A DNA stretch of 60,806 bases from a virus (taxonomy: Duplodnaviria; Caudoviricetes): positions 1 to 60,806 of IMG/VR virus record IMGVR_UViG_3300042894_001153. The stretch is one strand, 5' to 3'. Under the pieces are notes generated by a model. It saw only the letters and a program-made list of their open reading frames with translations. It searched no databases and had not been told where the DNA came from. The position numbers were made by a program, and so were the translations under genes. Below, one piece after another: positions 45,001-54,564 of the stretch (within the stretch, counting starts at the first letter, position 1; each line of letters begins with the position of its first letter).

Positions 45001-46731
45001 ATGCAAACTTGTAGGATTCCCTATCTCTACATACGTAGCCGCTGCAAACTCTATATCATAGTAAGAATATACATTTTTTGTAATCGTTACAAATGTTGGG
45101 TCATCAACATACCTCATAACAGGCAATTGAAGCCCTATTAAAGAAGATGATGATGGGGTTGAAAATATTGCAATCGGCTGACCTGCTGCAGATATACCAC
45201 TTTCATATTTATAAAAATCTGTAGCCCCTGAAAGAACTTGCTCAACTGAACAGTTAAATACATCTGTAAAGGTTGAACCAAAACAAGAATTAGCTACAGT
45301 TGCTATAGTTGAAACTGTGCCTATCTTTTCTATAAAATCAGAATCTTGAGAAAGCGCATAAGCACTTGCAAAATCCTGCTGCAATATATATGCAAATGAT
45401 ATCGTAGTTGATGGCTGAATCTCTGTTGGTGGTGGAATATAACCTGTATATGAATTATGGTTGTACCTTATGTCGAATTCTATAACAGCTCCTTTAATTA
45501 AATCAATTCCATTAAAATCAAAGTATACAACAGAGTTGGATATAGTTTGGATTCCTCCAAATGTATAGTTACCATTTGATAAGGTATATGATATATCAGA
45601 AGCTCCTATCTCAGTTTGAAACAAAGTTGAAAAATATTCCAATCTAAGTGGCGTACCAACTAAATCAACTAAATCATATCCCTCGATATAGTTGCCATAC
45701 ATAATTCTATTACCCATCATAGTCTGAGCCTTTGATAGCCTTGGCACGTTATCGTACAGTCTTAGTATCTCTGAATCGGGAAGTATGGTAAATATCTTGC
45801 TATTTTGGAATTGGAATGTATACGGTGTATTGTCAGCCAATCCATTTGTATCTTTATTAATTTTTTCAATAATCCTTATTATAGGAGAGTTCATCTCCTT
45901 GAATAATAAATCTATTCCAACCACAAGTGGCCCACCTGATTCATATGTAACCACAGCCATATTAGTCGTGCCTACCATACCACTATTTAGTGCAGTTGAT
46001 ATATTATAATTAAATGCATTAGGCAAGAACGCAGGCTTGCTCCACTGAGATGTTGCTGAGTACTGATTATCATCGTATCTATACCTATACGCAAAGCATA
46101 TAAATCTTTCCTCTAAAAAGTTATCCTGAGTTTGTGTTAGTGTCGGTGCTACTGCAGGAGCAGCTAAAGGTGGTTGCTTTATAACAAGTATCGCCTCCTC
46201 TAAAAATGAATCAATTCCCGCAATTGGATTACCGTAGGTTCTGTTTACATTTATCTGTCTTGGCTGATTATAGTCATCCGTCCAAAACAATAAGTCCTCA
46301 ATCTTATTTACACCTGTAATTAGATAGCTTTTATTAAAGTTTAAAGTGGTATTATTAGTTGCGCCATCCCTTATGCTTATAATATGATATGTCAGTATAT
46401 CTAATTTAACATCATACGATACTATCAAATCAATTTTATTAATAGGCCCTGATAAAAAATCATCATCAGTAACAAACCAATATATAGTCTCATTAGCTCC
46501 ATCCTCATAAGCTCCAATGCACTTAGCACTGCTGCTTAGTGATGCACCCTCAAAAGATAAAGACGTAAGCTCTATGTTCCCCATTGAGTTTTCTATAACA
46601 CCAATCTCAGACTGCTCCGTAGAACCCATTCTGATATTCAATGCATCAATATACTCACCATTAGGCACAAGTCGTTCATCAACGACCTTATTCATCCTAC
46701 CTAACGTAAAATTCCTTGTTAGTTTTGCCAT
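42076..46731 (-). CDS. Tail stabilisation / nozzle protein
   Basis: F..GRMNK..DERLVPNGEY.DALNI, LFWTDD.NQPR.IN, FAYRYRY.D..YS, GNRIMYGNY, GIS.NPESFA. Confidence 0.8.
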   Translation of the reverse strand: MAKLTRNFTLGRMNKVVDERLVPNGEYIDALNIRMGSTEQSEIGVIENSMGNIELTSLSFEGASLSSSAKCIGAYEDGANETIYWFVTDDDFLSGPINKIDLIVSYDVKLDILTYHIISIRDGATNNTTLNFNKSYLITGVNKIEDLLFWTDDYNQPRQINVNRTYGNPIAGIDSFLEEAILVIKQPPLAAPAVAPTLTQTQDNFLEERFICFAYRYRYDDNQYSATSQWSKPAFLPNAFNYNISTALNSGMVGTTNMAVVTYESGGPLVVGIDLLFKEMNSPIIRIIEKINKDTNGLADNTPYTFQFQNSKIFTILPDSEILRLYDNVPRLSKAQTMMGNRIMYGNYIEGYDLVDLVGTPLRLEYFSTLFQTEIGASDISYTLSNGNYTFGGIQTISNSVVYFDFNGIDLIKGAVIEFDIRYNHNSYTGYIPPPTEIQPSTTISFAYILQQDFASAYALSQDSDFIEKIGTVSTIATVANSCFGSTFTDVFNCSVEQVLSGATDFYKYESGISAAGQPIAIFSTPSSSSLIGLQLPVMRYVDDPTFVTITKNVYSYYDIEFAAATYVEIGNPTSLHSNRGYEVGIVYMDEFNRSSTALVGPNNAIHIPCSASEFQNQIKINIPIGQVAPYWAKRYKFVIKADRDTYETIYSQFFFRDPTSGADYFLLEGQNSQKVEVGDELIVKKDTSGALNTCAYTTVLEKQAQQADFLNPPPTDGAGATIPVPQGVYMKLRANNFSASLDTSDGLPSVFTWGEISSTTTRQNPCGQINLTVNYPNPAGPSPAFVDIPIPAGSKININIESIRIGKDCNYGIEGRKYIYEGSFTASQDYISFKAWWDGDNVAATLNGPSSQRSATCNKTEPIAIYDINLSGGGANTCSDDVNLQFEQAGVGAPMYLVFSGIIGFTTKKTETNNKIKIEVIRTSNIIVFETQPLDAAPNLWYESSEVFDIDTTNGEHNGNIQNQQFPNTPAIVLTDFYNCYAFGNGVESYKIQDAINGKQLTLGNRAYITTTIEYKESRRFADITYSGIFNPESNINKLNEFNLGLLNYKPLETSFGPINKLFGRETDVLTLQEDKISYVLAGKNLLSDAAGGSALTSIPEVLGTQIARIEEFGISNNPESFAQWGSDKFFTDAKRGSVIQLTGTAYNSDQLTVISQLGMRTWFRDLFIDSFNTQKLGGYDPYMNEYVITNNDIQLPLEEICDECGKTIAITVTNTNPFNTCIDLGELVGSTDIEYSVSSVVGTFTINANYNGNTYSVINASTSGILNFTKDIVNVTTMLLDITSTGSVTIQLTLKCPIVQQITIVLVTVTSNSEAGLFTTNQYRWSSGTFVSPLHTQNIQFSLSNFNPIVSQYSLITGGQGGGVIPTDGATVTMFNNTIVPDDFTFNEFVNNFRYHRTSTLYANTPVDIQALLAVATTITPINPPTLGNTTYDGQFAMPVSGNYLYMVWDYRNSTPIDLCFGTDLVDSCCGCINQEPVQSYVLVGCSDGLTYVAPVDTYGFAIGDTVQIELIVGGPFFCGTIVNTGLLVPDSLILNPFTFACNDPINCP

Positions 46732-46732
46732 A

Positions 46733-47656
46733 TTATTTTAACCACTTATCTTGTCCTCTAAGATTCATCAACAATCGACCTGGGTGTATGTTGCTTATTC
46801 TAATCTTTGCGTTTCTCAATAGTGCAGTCTTTCTCTTTCTTGACCTGCTTACAATGTACTCCTGAACACCAACCTTTGAGTTTAGTATAGCAAACTCTAT
46901 AGCTGCGTACACATACTCCTCGAATAACTTATTCACGCTTACGCTTGCATCGTTGCCGTTCTCCATACCGTCTGATATGTATTCAAGTACCACTAACTCA
47001 CCCTGTATGCCTGAGCTAAAGTTTATTACACCTGCTTTTTTGTTAATACTAAATGTAGCATTAGCATTTGCAGTCTCAGTATTTAATCCAAATCTTGCAC
47101 CTACCCCTCTTCCAAAGTACCAATCTCCATTATAGTTATAGCCTAAAGAACCATTATAAGGTGATGCATTATTTAGATATATGCTTAGGCCCATTCCAAA
47201 TATCCTCTCATAATCTAAGTCAGAGAACGCAGGAGAAAGTATATTTCCATTTATATCAAATAGTATCTTACCTGTGTTATCCTGAAGATATGCATTTGAC
47301 CAATTTGTCTGAATGTTTTCGCTTAGTGGATGAAGTATTCCGTTTCTTTCAATTGATATCCTAACCCAATTTACAAAATCACTTGGCAATACATACCTTA
47401 ATTGGTCATCTACGCTTAACTCTAAGACCTTAATCTCTTTGAAAGCGTCGTAGTTTAGCTCTTGTATCGCTCTTTTTGCGTGAAATAAAATCTTAAATCT
47501 CTCCTCATTGTTAACCAAGCTATGGTTTCCTGAGTAGATGAGCATAAAGTTATTTACGATATCATATAGTGATACGTATTGATACGAACCCCAATTAGCA
47601 TCTATTGGAGAAGCTCCTGCATTTTCGTAGTATTGGTACTGTGATATATATGACAT
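46733..47656 (-). CDS. Structural (tail ring/adaptor) protein
   Basis: HAKRAIQELNYD, LPSDFVNWVRIS, LEYISDG. Confidence 0.75.
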   Translation of the reverse strand: MSYISQYQYYENAGASPIDANWGSYQYVSLYDIVNNFMLIYSGNHSLVNNEERFKILFHAKRAIQELNYDAFKEIKVLELSVDDQLRYVLPSDFVNWVRISIERNGILHPLSENIQTNWSNAYLQDNTGKILFDINGNILSPAFSDLDYERIFGMGLSIYLNNASPYNGSLGYNYNGDWYFGRGVGARFGLNTETANANATFSINKKAGVINFSSGIQGELVVLEYISDGMENGNDASVSVNKLFEEYVYAAIEFAILNSKVGVQEYIVSRSRKRKTALLRNAKIRISNIHPGRLLMNLRGQDKWLK

Positions 47657-47658
47657 AA

Positions 47659-48645
47659 TTATTGTTGTTGTTGTGCGTTAGCTTGCTCTTGAGCTTGCCC
47701 AAACTGAACTGCAGCAATCTCTCTGATAGACATACCCGCAAGTTGTAATATTTTATTTATCAATGTAGGCTCTTCCTCAAGTCCTAATTCAAAATCTTGG
47801 TAGTCAGGTTGAGATTGGTCAAACGCAGGCTCTCCATTTACCAATGTAATAAATGTCCACTTAGGGTCTTTTGGATACCTTATGTACTGACAAAGAACTT
47901 GACCTATATGGTTAATTGTTGCAGGGTAAGGTGTCATTATAAACTCCTCCTCTGTATACGCAGGATAGGTTAATGTTGGTTTTGCTATTAGCGAGTTATT
48001 CAAGATAGTAATCTTATTTAAAGAAACTTTCTCTGCCTCCTGTAATGAAGGGCTATAGATACTATAGTTAATACCCGTTGCTGTCCAAGGAGCTGCAAGC
48101 GGCAAGTAACTACTTGCTGTTGTTGTTATATCTATTGAGCTATTTACGCTTACCACAGTTGCATACTGAGTTACTCCACCCTTTATAAATGCAACCACAT
48201 CACCTGCCGCAACACCATTTGCTATAAATGCTCCTAAAGAGTCAATTAAAATAAATGTATTTACGTCTACAGCTGTATTTGTTCCGTTTCTCTTATTTGT
48301 TGAGTAAATCAACATCTTACCAATTGTATAGTACTCAGTACCCGTAGTTGATGTGGATGGCATAAAGTATGAATTACTTGCCAATGGACTATTTACATTA
48401 AGAACTAATGCATCTGATATAGAGAAGAACTCAATCTCCTCCATAGTTTTCTTAATATCAGAGTAACCTGTTCCTTGAAGTCTTGAGTTTTCTTTATTTA
48501 TTTGGTAATTATACCTTGGAAAGTATCCTATAAATATATCTAACTGAGCTTGCTTCGCAAACAAATTGAAATCTGATGGAGAAATATACCCATAGTTATT
48601 TTTATTTAATATAGATAATACTGTTGCTCTGACTGAATTTATCAT
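47659..48645 (-). CDS. Structural (tail ring/adaptor) protein
   Basis: V..ILNKNN.GYISP.DFNLFAKQAQLDIF, YIR.PKDPKW. Confidence 0.75.
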   Translation of the reverse strand: MINSVRATVLSILNKNNYGYISPSDFNLFAKQAQLDIFIGYFPRYNYQINKENSRLQGTGYSDIKKTMEEIEFFSISDALVLNVNSPLASNSYFMPSTSTTGTEYYTIGKMLIYSTNKRNGTNTAVDVNTFILIDSLGAFIANGVAAGDVVAFIKGGVTQYATVVSVNSSIDITTTASSYLPLAAPWTATGINYSIYSPSLQEAEKVSLNKITILNNSLIAKPTLTYPAYTEEEFIMTPYPATINHIGQVLCQYIRYPKDPKWTFITLVNGEPAFDQSQPDYQDFELGLEEEPTLINKILQLAGMSIREIAAVQFGQAQEQANAQQQQ

Positions 48646-48670
48646 TTGTAAACCTTTCTACAAAGATAAT

Positions 48671-48708
48671 AAAAAAAAAGAACCCCTTATAACTAAATAA
48701 GAGGCTCT
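48671..48708 (-). terminator. Rho-independent terminator
   Basis: AGAGCCTCTTAT/ATAAGGGGTTCT followed by a long T-run on the minus strand. Confidence 0.75.
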
Positions 48709-48724
48709 AAATTTAATGTTTATA

Positions 48725-49468
48725 TTACAATAACTTTTCGAGTATTTTATAGCTCTCTAAGCCATCATCTGATTGGAAGAATGATGCTACAATTGAGTAT
48801 GCATCCTCTCCAAATGGAATGTTCAATAATTTTGTTTTATTGGTGTTAGTGTTAAACCAAACTTCTTTTTGGCTCTTTCTAAATGTCAATAACCCCTTAT
48901 CAAAGAATAATGTCACGGTTGACTGAAGCTTTAAGCTTGGGTCGTTAACGATATCCAAGAATTGATGTGGGCTATTCTTAGCGTATACCAAGATATCTCT
49001 TTTTAACTCAGCCGTTGTAACCTTGGTCACGTCTCTGTTAAATAAAACCCTTGACACCATCTCAACCTGTTCGATATTCATCTCCCTTGCAGCGATAAGT
49101 GCATCAACCTCGTGGTTTAATCTTTCTACCTCTATTGCTGCATCCTTCTCGTTATCAACCTCAACGAATTTTATTCCGTTTAGTGGGTGGTAATACAAGA
49201 ACTGTTGCAGTATAGGGTTTGTACGAGGAACTGATAAGAAACCATCCTCAAAGATAATTGGCTCTAAGATAACATTACCATCCTGCTCCTCCTCAAAAGG
49301 TGACTTTTGATTTCTTGCGTAACGTAATGTTCTGTTTGTGTTTGTCTCTTCATCGAAATACAACAAAGGGAACTGTGCTGTGTGCCTTGTAGGTATCATA
49401 AAAGATAGTGGGGCTTCAGACTTTGTTAATTTGTAGACCTTGTCTACGCTTACTGTTTGTTTTTTCAT
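48725..49468 (-). CDS. Conserved hypothetical protein downstream of the capsid gene
   Basis: LLYFDEE...RTLRYARNQKSPF..EQ. Confidence 0.75.
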   Translation of the reverse strand: MKKQTVSVDKVYKLTKSEAPLSFMIPTRHTAQFPLLYFDEETNTNRTLRYARNQKSPFEEEQDGNVILEPIIFEDGFLSVPRTNPILQQFLYYHPLNGIKFVEVDNEKDAAIEVERLNHEVDALIAAREMNIEQVEMVSRVLFNRDVTKVTTAELKRDILVYAKNSPHQFLDIVNDPSLKLQSTVTLFFDKGLLTFRKSQKEVWFNTNTNKTKLLNIPFGEDAYSIVASFFQSDDGLESYKILEKLL

Positions 49469-49487
49469 TTGATATGATTTGAATTTT

Positions 49488-49521
49488 AAAAAAGGAAGTG
49501 TGTCTTCAAAGACACACCTCC
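49488..49521 (-). terminator. Capsid-gene terminator containing palindrome copy 13 (49500-49515)
   Basis: Minus strand GGAGGTGTGTC-TTTGAA-GACACACTTCC-TTTTTT. Confidence 0.85.
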
Positions 49522-49532
49522 AATTAAGAATA

Positions 49533-50978
49533 TTAGCTTTGGAACAAGAAGAAGTTATTAGCTCCTAATGTACAAACTGCTCTTTCTGACAAGAAGTTTA
49601 CCTCCATTGCATCAAGGTCACTTGTTTCAGCACCACCTGCAGAACCTGTAATCCAAGTCTTGTAGCGTCTGTTTTCAGTTTCTGATGCACGGTATCTAAC
49701 GTGTAAGAATGGTCTCTTAGCGTTTTTACCTAAGATTTGGTCGTATACGGTTGTAGAACCTGCAGGAACTAACAAACCACTAACCTTACCTGAACCTGCA
49801 GAGGTTGGAAGACCACCACGCATTGTTGGGTCGTTTAGGTATTTCCAATCAGACTTGTAGAAATCGTAACCTCTACGGAATCCTGAGAAACCTAAGTTCA
49901 AGGCCATATCTCTATCGTTCTCGAACAAACCAAATGATGCTGAACTTGCAACACCTGCACCATTATAACCATTTAATGTGGCTAACATATCATCGATACC
50001 AAAGCTAAACGCTCTGTCTACGAAGATTACGTTCTCCTCAATTGCACCTTGCTTATCAAGACGAGAAACAATGGTATCAAAATCAGGTAAAGATACAGGG
50101 AAACCTGCACCCCACACGTTACCTCTTTCGTTAACTGTGTAGAAGATACCTTTAGAACCTTTGTTTCCTACATCACCTGTAGTAGCAGCAGCTCCTGAAA
50201 GAGCTTCAGCAGGAACAGCTTCAATCATTGCGGTCTCTAAGTAGTCATCAAAACGCAAACGAGTTTCGTGTTCAGACTTCAAGTACCACAAGAATCCTGT
50301 AGCACCGTTCTCAGTTGTTACTTCAACCCAACCAATTTGAGCCATATCAGAACCTGATACTGAATACTTGTCTTTGATGATGATTGGAGAGTTATCAAAA
50401 ATCTCATCGTCAGCCTCTAAAGAACCAACCATTCCGTTAGTACCTTTCTTGAACTCAGAACCATAAATGAATACGGTGTAGATGTTACCTGCAGAACCGT
50501 TGGTGATACCTGCTGCGTTGTAGAACGCTACAGTGAAAGTTCTTGCAGTAGTGTCTACAGCTGTAACAATTGCTTTGTAGTTAGAACCACCTGCGTTTGC
50601 TGTAAGCATAACAGTTTGTCCTATTCTAATAGCGATTGAACCACTCGCAGCACTAACAAATGCAGGAACTAAGGTATCGTTAACTGTGAACACAGCAGTG
50701 TCAGCAGTTGTTAATACGGTAGTTGTACAGTTGGTGTACTTAACGTGTAGACGACCTTGTTCTGCCCATTTGATTAGGTCAGAGTTAGAGGGCATTTCAG
50801 CTCCCACCATACGGAGGAAAGAAGAAATTGTTCTATTACCATATCTTTCAAATTCTTTTTCGTAGGTATCAGGAAGATACTGACTCAAGAAGTCGAAGTT
50901 GGTAATGTAGTTTGTTTTTAGTGGGACTTGTTGCGCACTCGGCTGCAACGCAAATCCAGGTACTGATTGTACGGCCAT
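49533..50978 (-). CDS. Major capsid protein
   Basis: 481 aa after portal and scaffold; QYLPD.YEKE.ERYGNR, WAEQGRLH; strongly biased codon use; own terminator. Confidence 0.85.
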   Translation of the reverse strand: MAVQSVPGFALQPSAQQVPLKTNYITNFDFLSQYLPDTYEKEFERYGNRTISSFLRMVGAEMPSNSDLIKWAEQGRLHVKYTNCTTTVLTTADTAVFTVNDTLVPAFVSAASGSIAIRIGQTVMLTANAGGSNYKAIVTAVDTTARTFTVAFYNAAGITNGSAGNIYTVFIYGSEFKKGTNGMVGSLEADDEIFDNSPIIIKDKYSVSGSDMAQIGWVEVTTENGATGFLWYLKSEHETRLRFDDYLETAMIEAVPAEALSGAAATTGDVGNKGSKGIFYTVNERGNVWGAGFPVSLPDFDTIVSRLDKQGAIEENVIFVDRAFSFGIDDMLATLNGYNGAGVASSASFGLFENDRDMALNLGFSGFRRGYDFYKSDWKYLNDPTMRGGLPTSAGSGKVSGLLVPAGSTTVYDQILGKNAKRPFLHVRYRASETENRRYKTWITGSAGGAETSDLDAMEVNFLSERAVCTLGANNFFLFQS

Positions 50979-50990
50979 TTTTTTGTTTTT

Positions 50991-52073
50991 TTAATTTTTA
51001 CTTTTGCTTTTAATTCGTAGACTACGACCTGAGTCTTGGTCTACAGCTCTTATCTGCGTTCCTCCAACCGAAGTGCTTTGTGGTGCTTGACGTGTAGACA
51101 TATTTACATTTTTAGTCTTGCGCATCACATCATCAACCGCCTCTGATTTGCCTTGCTCGTAAAAGAACTTAGCAAACTTTTCAGGATTCATCGCTACCGC
51201 CAATGCCTTGTGATATCCAACAGGGTCTTTTAACAGACCATCCTCGCCAATAAACTTCTTACTGAAGTTTGATGGGTCGCTGTGGATTTTTTTAAGTTCC
51301 GCTGCATCTGCAGGCACATAAACAAGTTTGTTATCCTCAAGACTAAATTCAAAACCTTTGAACTCACTCCCAAAAACCTCGCTTGTCTTTTGCTGATACC
51401 ATTGCTCTCTGCGTTGGTTTTGCTCACTTAAAGACACTGACTCCTGAATGTATTGCCTATACTCCTCCAACTGTTTTGCATCTTCATTTGAAATTGACTT
51501 ACCCACTGACTCAGCAGGTATTTTGTACTTTTCCTTTTCAGATTCAAAAAACTCTTTGGCCTTGGCAACCATTTTCTTTTTTTCTAATTTGACTTTCTTG
51601 ATTGTCTGCTCATCATCAAGGTCTTCATCGAATGAGTACCCATCCATTATAGATTCGATATCATCGTTGTCCAACCCCTTTTCAGTAGCCACAAGATAGT
51701 CTCTTAGTATCTTATCGGGTGTTACGTCATCAAGGTTTCTGTTTAACTTAACAAAGTCCTCGATTCCTCTACCCGTTTCTTTTTTATACTTAAAGTAAGC
51801 AGCGACATCTTCAGGAAGGGCCTCAGCCTCTTCTCTTTCCCTTGTCAACTCCTCTATAGAGCTAATCTGCTTACCATATCTCTTTTCAATATATGAAAGA
51901 ACTTCTTCCTCCTTCAACTCATTTGGTGTAACAACAACCTCAGTATTTATTACTGTTTCAGGCACAATAGGAGCAGTTGTGGTTTGCTCTTCGTGTTTGT
52001 TAAGCAACTCTTGCTCTATTTCCTGTGATGATTTCTCAACTGCTGTTCCAACCGATTTTACTGTAAAACTCAT
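50991..52073 (-). CDS. Capsid scaffolding protein
   Basis: Acidic, helical; FFYEQGK; between portal and MCP. Confidence 0.7.
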   Translation of the reverse strand: MSFTVKSVGTAVEKSSQEIEQELLNKHEEQTTTAPIVPETVINTEVVVTPNELKEEEVLSYIEKRYGKQISSIEELTREREEAEALPEDVAAYFKYKKETGRGIEDFVKLNRNLDDVTPDKILRDYLVATEKGLDNDDIESIMDGYSFDEDLDDEQTIKKVKLEKKKMVAKAKEFFESEKEKYKIPAESVGKSISNEDAKQLEEYRQYIQESVSLSEQNQRREQWYQQKTSEVFGSEFKGFEFSLEDNKLVYVPADAAELKKIHSDPSNFSKKFIGEDGLLKDPVGYHKALAVAMNPEKFAKFFYEQGKSEAVDDVMRKTKNVNMSTRQAPQSTSVGGTQIRAVDQDSGRSLRIKSKSKN

Positions 52074-52128
52074 ATTAAATTAAATTATTTGCAAAGTTAG
52101 TGAAAAAATATTAATATATTTTTCAAGC

Positions 52129-54564
52129 CTATCTTGGGTTAAATTGTGCTAAGTCAAATCCATCTAAGCTATCTTCATTAGACTCAAATGTCATCGGTGG
52201 TAAATTATTCTTTCTTTGGTTTATCAACTTTGACTGCTGAGTGTTCTGAAGTGCTATTCTTTCTGACTTGGCTTTTTCTTTTTCTGTCTCTCTTGCCTGA
52301 AGCGAGGTCACGTCCATACCCTTGATTTGCATATTAAGATTAAACTCTTGCTGCATCAATTGAGACTTCAACTGAGCCTCTATCTTCATCTTCTCTATCT
52401 CGAATGAAATCTCAGCCTGCTTTAATTGCATCTTGCCCTGTATCTCTGCCTGCTGCTTTTGCATAGACATCTCAGCGGCCATCTGTTGTGACTGCATTTG
52501 AGTCTGAGATTGCATAGCCTGTGATTGCATTGCCATCTTTTCTTCTCTGTCCTGCTTAGACTTCCGCTTAAGCTTTAGTAACTGATTCGCTACCTTTATG
52601 TTCTTAATCTCTCTAATGTCTATTGCGTCCTCAAGATTAATATCCCCCTTAGATAAAGCCACTTGAATATTCTGCTCAAGCTGTGCCTTTTGCTCCTCGT
52701 CAGGTGATACCTCAATAAAGATACCAAAGTCATATATGTAAAGGTCTTTAATGCTGTTCAGTATATTTACGTTGTACTTGCCAATTTGGTTTGTAAACTC
52801 ATCTTTAAAGTCAGCGTACTCAAGTATATCAGATACCCTATAGGTTAAAGCCTCTGCCAATGTTCTGTATATGTACAAGCTACTCTCAAGGATATGCCTT
52901 GTAGCTGTATTTGAATTTAATGCGGCTAACTTCTGTACACCAACCAATGCATTAGGGTCAGGCATACTTCCGTCCCTTGCCTCATTCAATCCTGTAACCT
53001 GCCTAATCTGACTTAGGTAGTGGTTATAATTTGACAGTAGCATCTGTGTCTTTGACGCTCCTGAGTTTGATGTTAACTGCGTGATTGGAACTCTTGCATT
53101 ATTAAAGTCTCCATCCTGAGTGAAGCTTCTTCCAATAACACTACCCGTTTGGAAGTATAGTCTTAACGCATCTTCAGGGTTGTACGCTGCACCTGTTCCC
53201 AAGTCAACCTCGTTCAATCCATCGGCATCTATAAATACACCGTCAGGGACTACCTTAGATATTACCTGCTGTAACTTTAGGTGGGTTATTTGAATCAAGT
53301 CAGCAAAAGGAATCATCCTTCTTGTTAGTGACTCAATAACTCCCTTGTACATTCTTGGCGCACAGGCTACGTAGTTTGGCATTGCGTGCTGAGTAGCTGA
53401 CTTTGGTCTAACCATATTCTCAGCAAGTTCCCACTTGATTATGAAATTTGTTCCCATAACCATAACACCCTCATACCATACATCGATAGTTTTTGATACC
53501 TTCTCAAAGTTTCCTTCATCCATCATCTCTTGAGGTGGGTTGAACGTATCATCCTTCTCAATCATCTTAATGTTCCCTGTGTCTGATGTCTTCTTTTTGT
53601 AAACTATATCCTTTGTTGTCTTATAATTAAAGTACAATAAAGTGGTGGTATCCTTAAAAAATATGTCATTACTATAAAACTGTGCTACGTTGTAGTAGTC
53701 CCACCAACTCTGACTGTAATTTGAAATCTCTTCCAAGTCAGCATTAGTTAATGTTGGGTCAATCTTTTTTAGTTCAATAATTGGAACGGTCTTTATCTCA
53801 CCCCAATAGAAGCAATCCTTAAAGAATGGGTCTTCTGTATAGCTATAAATAACATTTGCAGGGTCTACATAAGATATCCTAACTCCATCTCCCTTTAGGA
53901 ACTCGTGTTTTGCAATACCTATTCCTATAACCGTTTGGTCATAATCAACTCTTTTACGAATGTCATCGTAGTGGTTTGCCTCAAATATTGTATTAATAGC
54001 TGTCTCCTCTGCTATCTCAATAGCAGGCTTATAGTTAAGTTGCATATATAAAGACAATTCCTCATCTGTATTTGGCAACTCTTCAGGGTCTGTAACAAAT
54101 GGATTAGCACCTGTCTTATCCATAATTGTTTGAAGGATTGGCTTTGCCACCATCTGCCCCTCAATCATATCTTGGTAAGCACTTCTATGCTCCTGAGACA
54201 TCGCATCCTGTGCGTACGCTTTAACCTTAAATAGTCTATCAGACATACCGTTAACAACGATATCGATAAACTTAGGTATAATTGGAACAGGTGTCCAATC
54301 TAAATTTAGGTAAGATAAGTCACCATCTATAGACAGCTCGTTCTTATACTTTGCAACGGACTGCTCGCCTCTTGCATACAATCGTAATCTATTAAAATCT
54401 TTCCATTGACTGTAAAATCTGCAACCACTACTATCCTTCTTGAACCACTCGTACTGAATGGCTTGGCCTATTTGTAGTCCGAATTCCTCCGAAGCCTTTT
54501 CATTGTCAGAGACAAATTGACTTGGGAATCCTGCAGACGTGATATTTATTTTTACATCTTTCAT
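52129..54564 (-). CDS. Portal protein
   Basis: 811 aa; LRLYARGEQ, LNLDWTPVPIIPKF, TGLNEARDG; Gln-rich C-terminal barrel helix. Confidence 0.85.
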   Translation of the reverse strand: MKDVKINITSAGFPSQFVSDNEKASEEFGLQIGQAIQYEWFKKDSSGCRFYSQWKDFNRLRLYARGEQSVAKYKNELSIDGDLSYLNLDWTPVPIIPKFIDIVVNGMSDRLFKVKAYAQDAMSQEHRSAYQDMIEGQMVAKPILQTIMDKTGANPFVTDPEELPNTDEELSLYMQLNYKPAIEIAEETAINTIFEANHYDDIRKRVDYDQTVIGIGIAKHEFLKGDGVRISYVDPANVIYSYTEDPFFKDCFYWGEIKTVPIIELKKIDPTLTNADLEEISNYSQSWWDYYNVAQFYSNDIFFKDTTTLLYFNYKTTKDIVYKKKTSDTGNIKMIEKDDTFNPPQEMMDEGNFEKVSKTIDVWYEGVMVMGTNFIIKWELAENMVRPKSATQHAMPNYVACAPRMYKGVIESLTRRMIPFADLIQITHLKLQQVISKVVPDGVFIDADGLNEVDLGTGAAYNPEDALRLYFQTGSVIGRSFTQDGDFNNARVPITQLTSNSGASKTQMLLSNYNHYLSQIRQVTGLNEARDGSMPDPNALVGVQKLAALNSNTATRHILESSLYIYRTLAEALTYRVSDILEYADFKDEFTNQIGKYNVNILNSIKDLYIYDFGIFIEVSPDEEQKAQLEQNIQVALSKGDINLEDAIDIREIKNIKVANQLLKLKRKSKQDREEKMAMQSQAMQSQTQMQSQQMAAEMSMQKQQAEIQGKMQLKQAEISFEIEKMKIEAQLKSQLMQQEFNLNMQIKGMDVTSLQARETEKEKAKSERIALQNTQQSKLINQRKNNLPPMTFESNEDSLDGFDLAQFNPR

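Noticed and set aside
30729-47364. Many plus-strand ORFs antisense to structural genes
   Set aside because: Shadow ORFs with no motifs or translation signals
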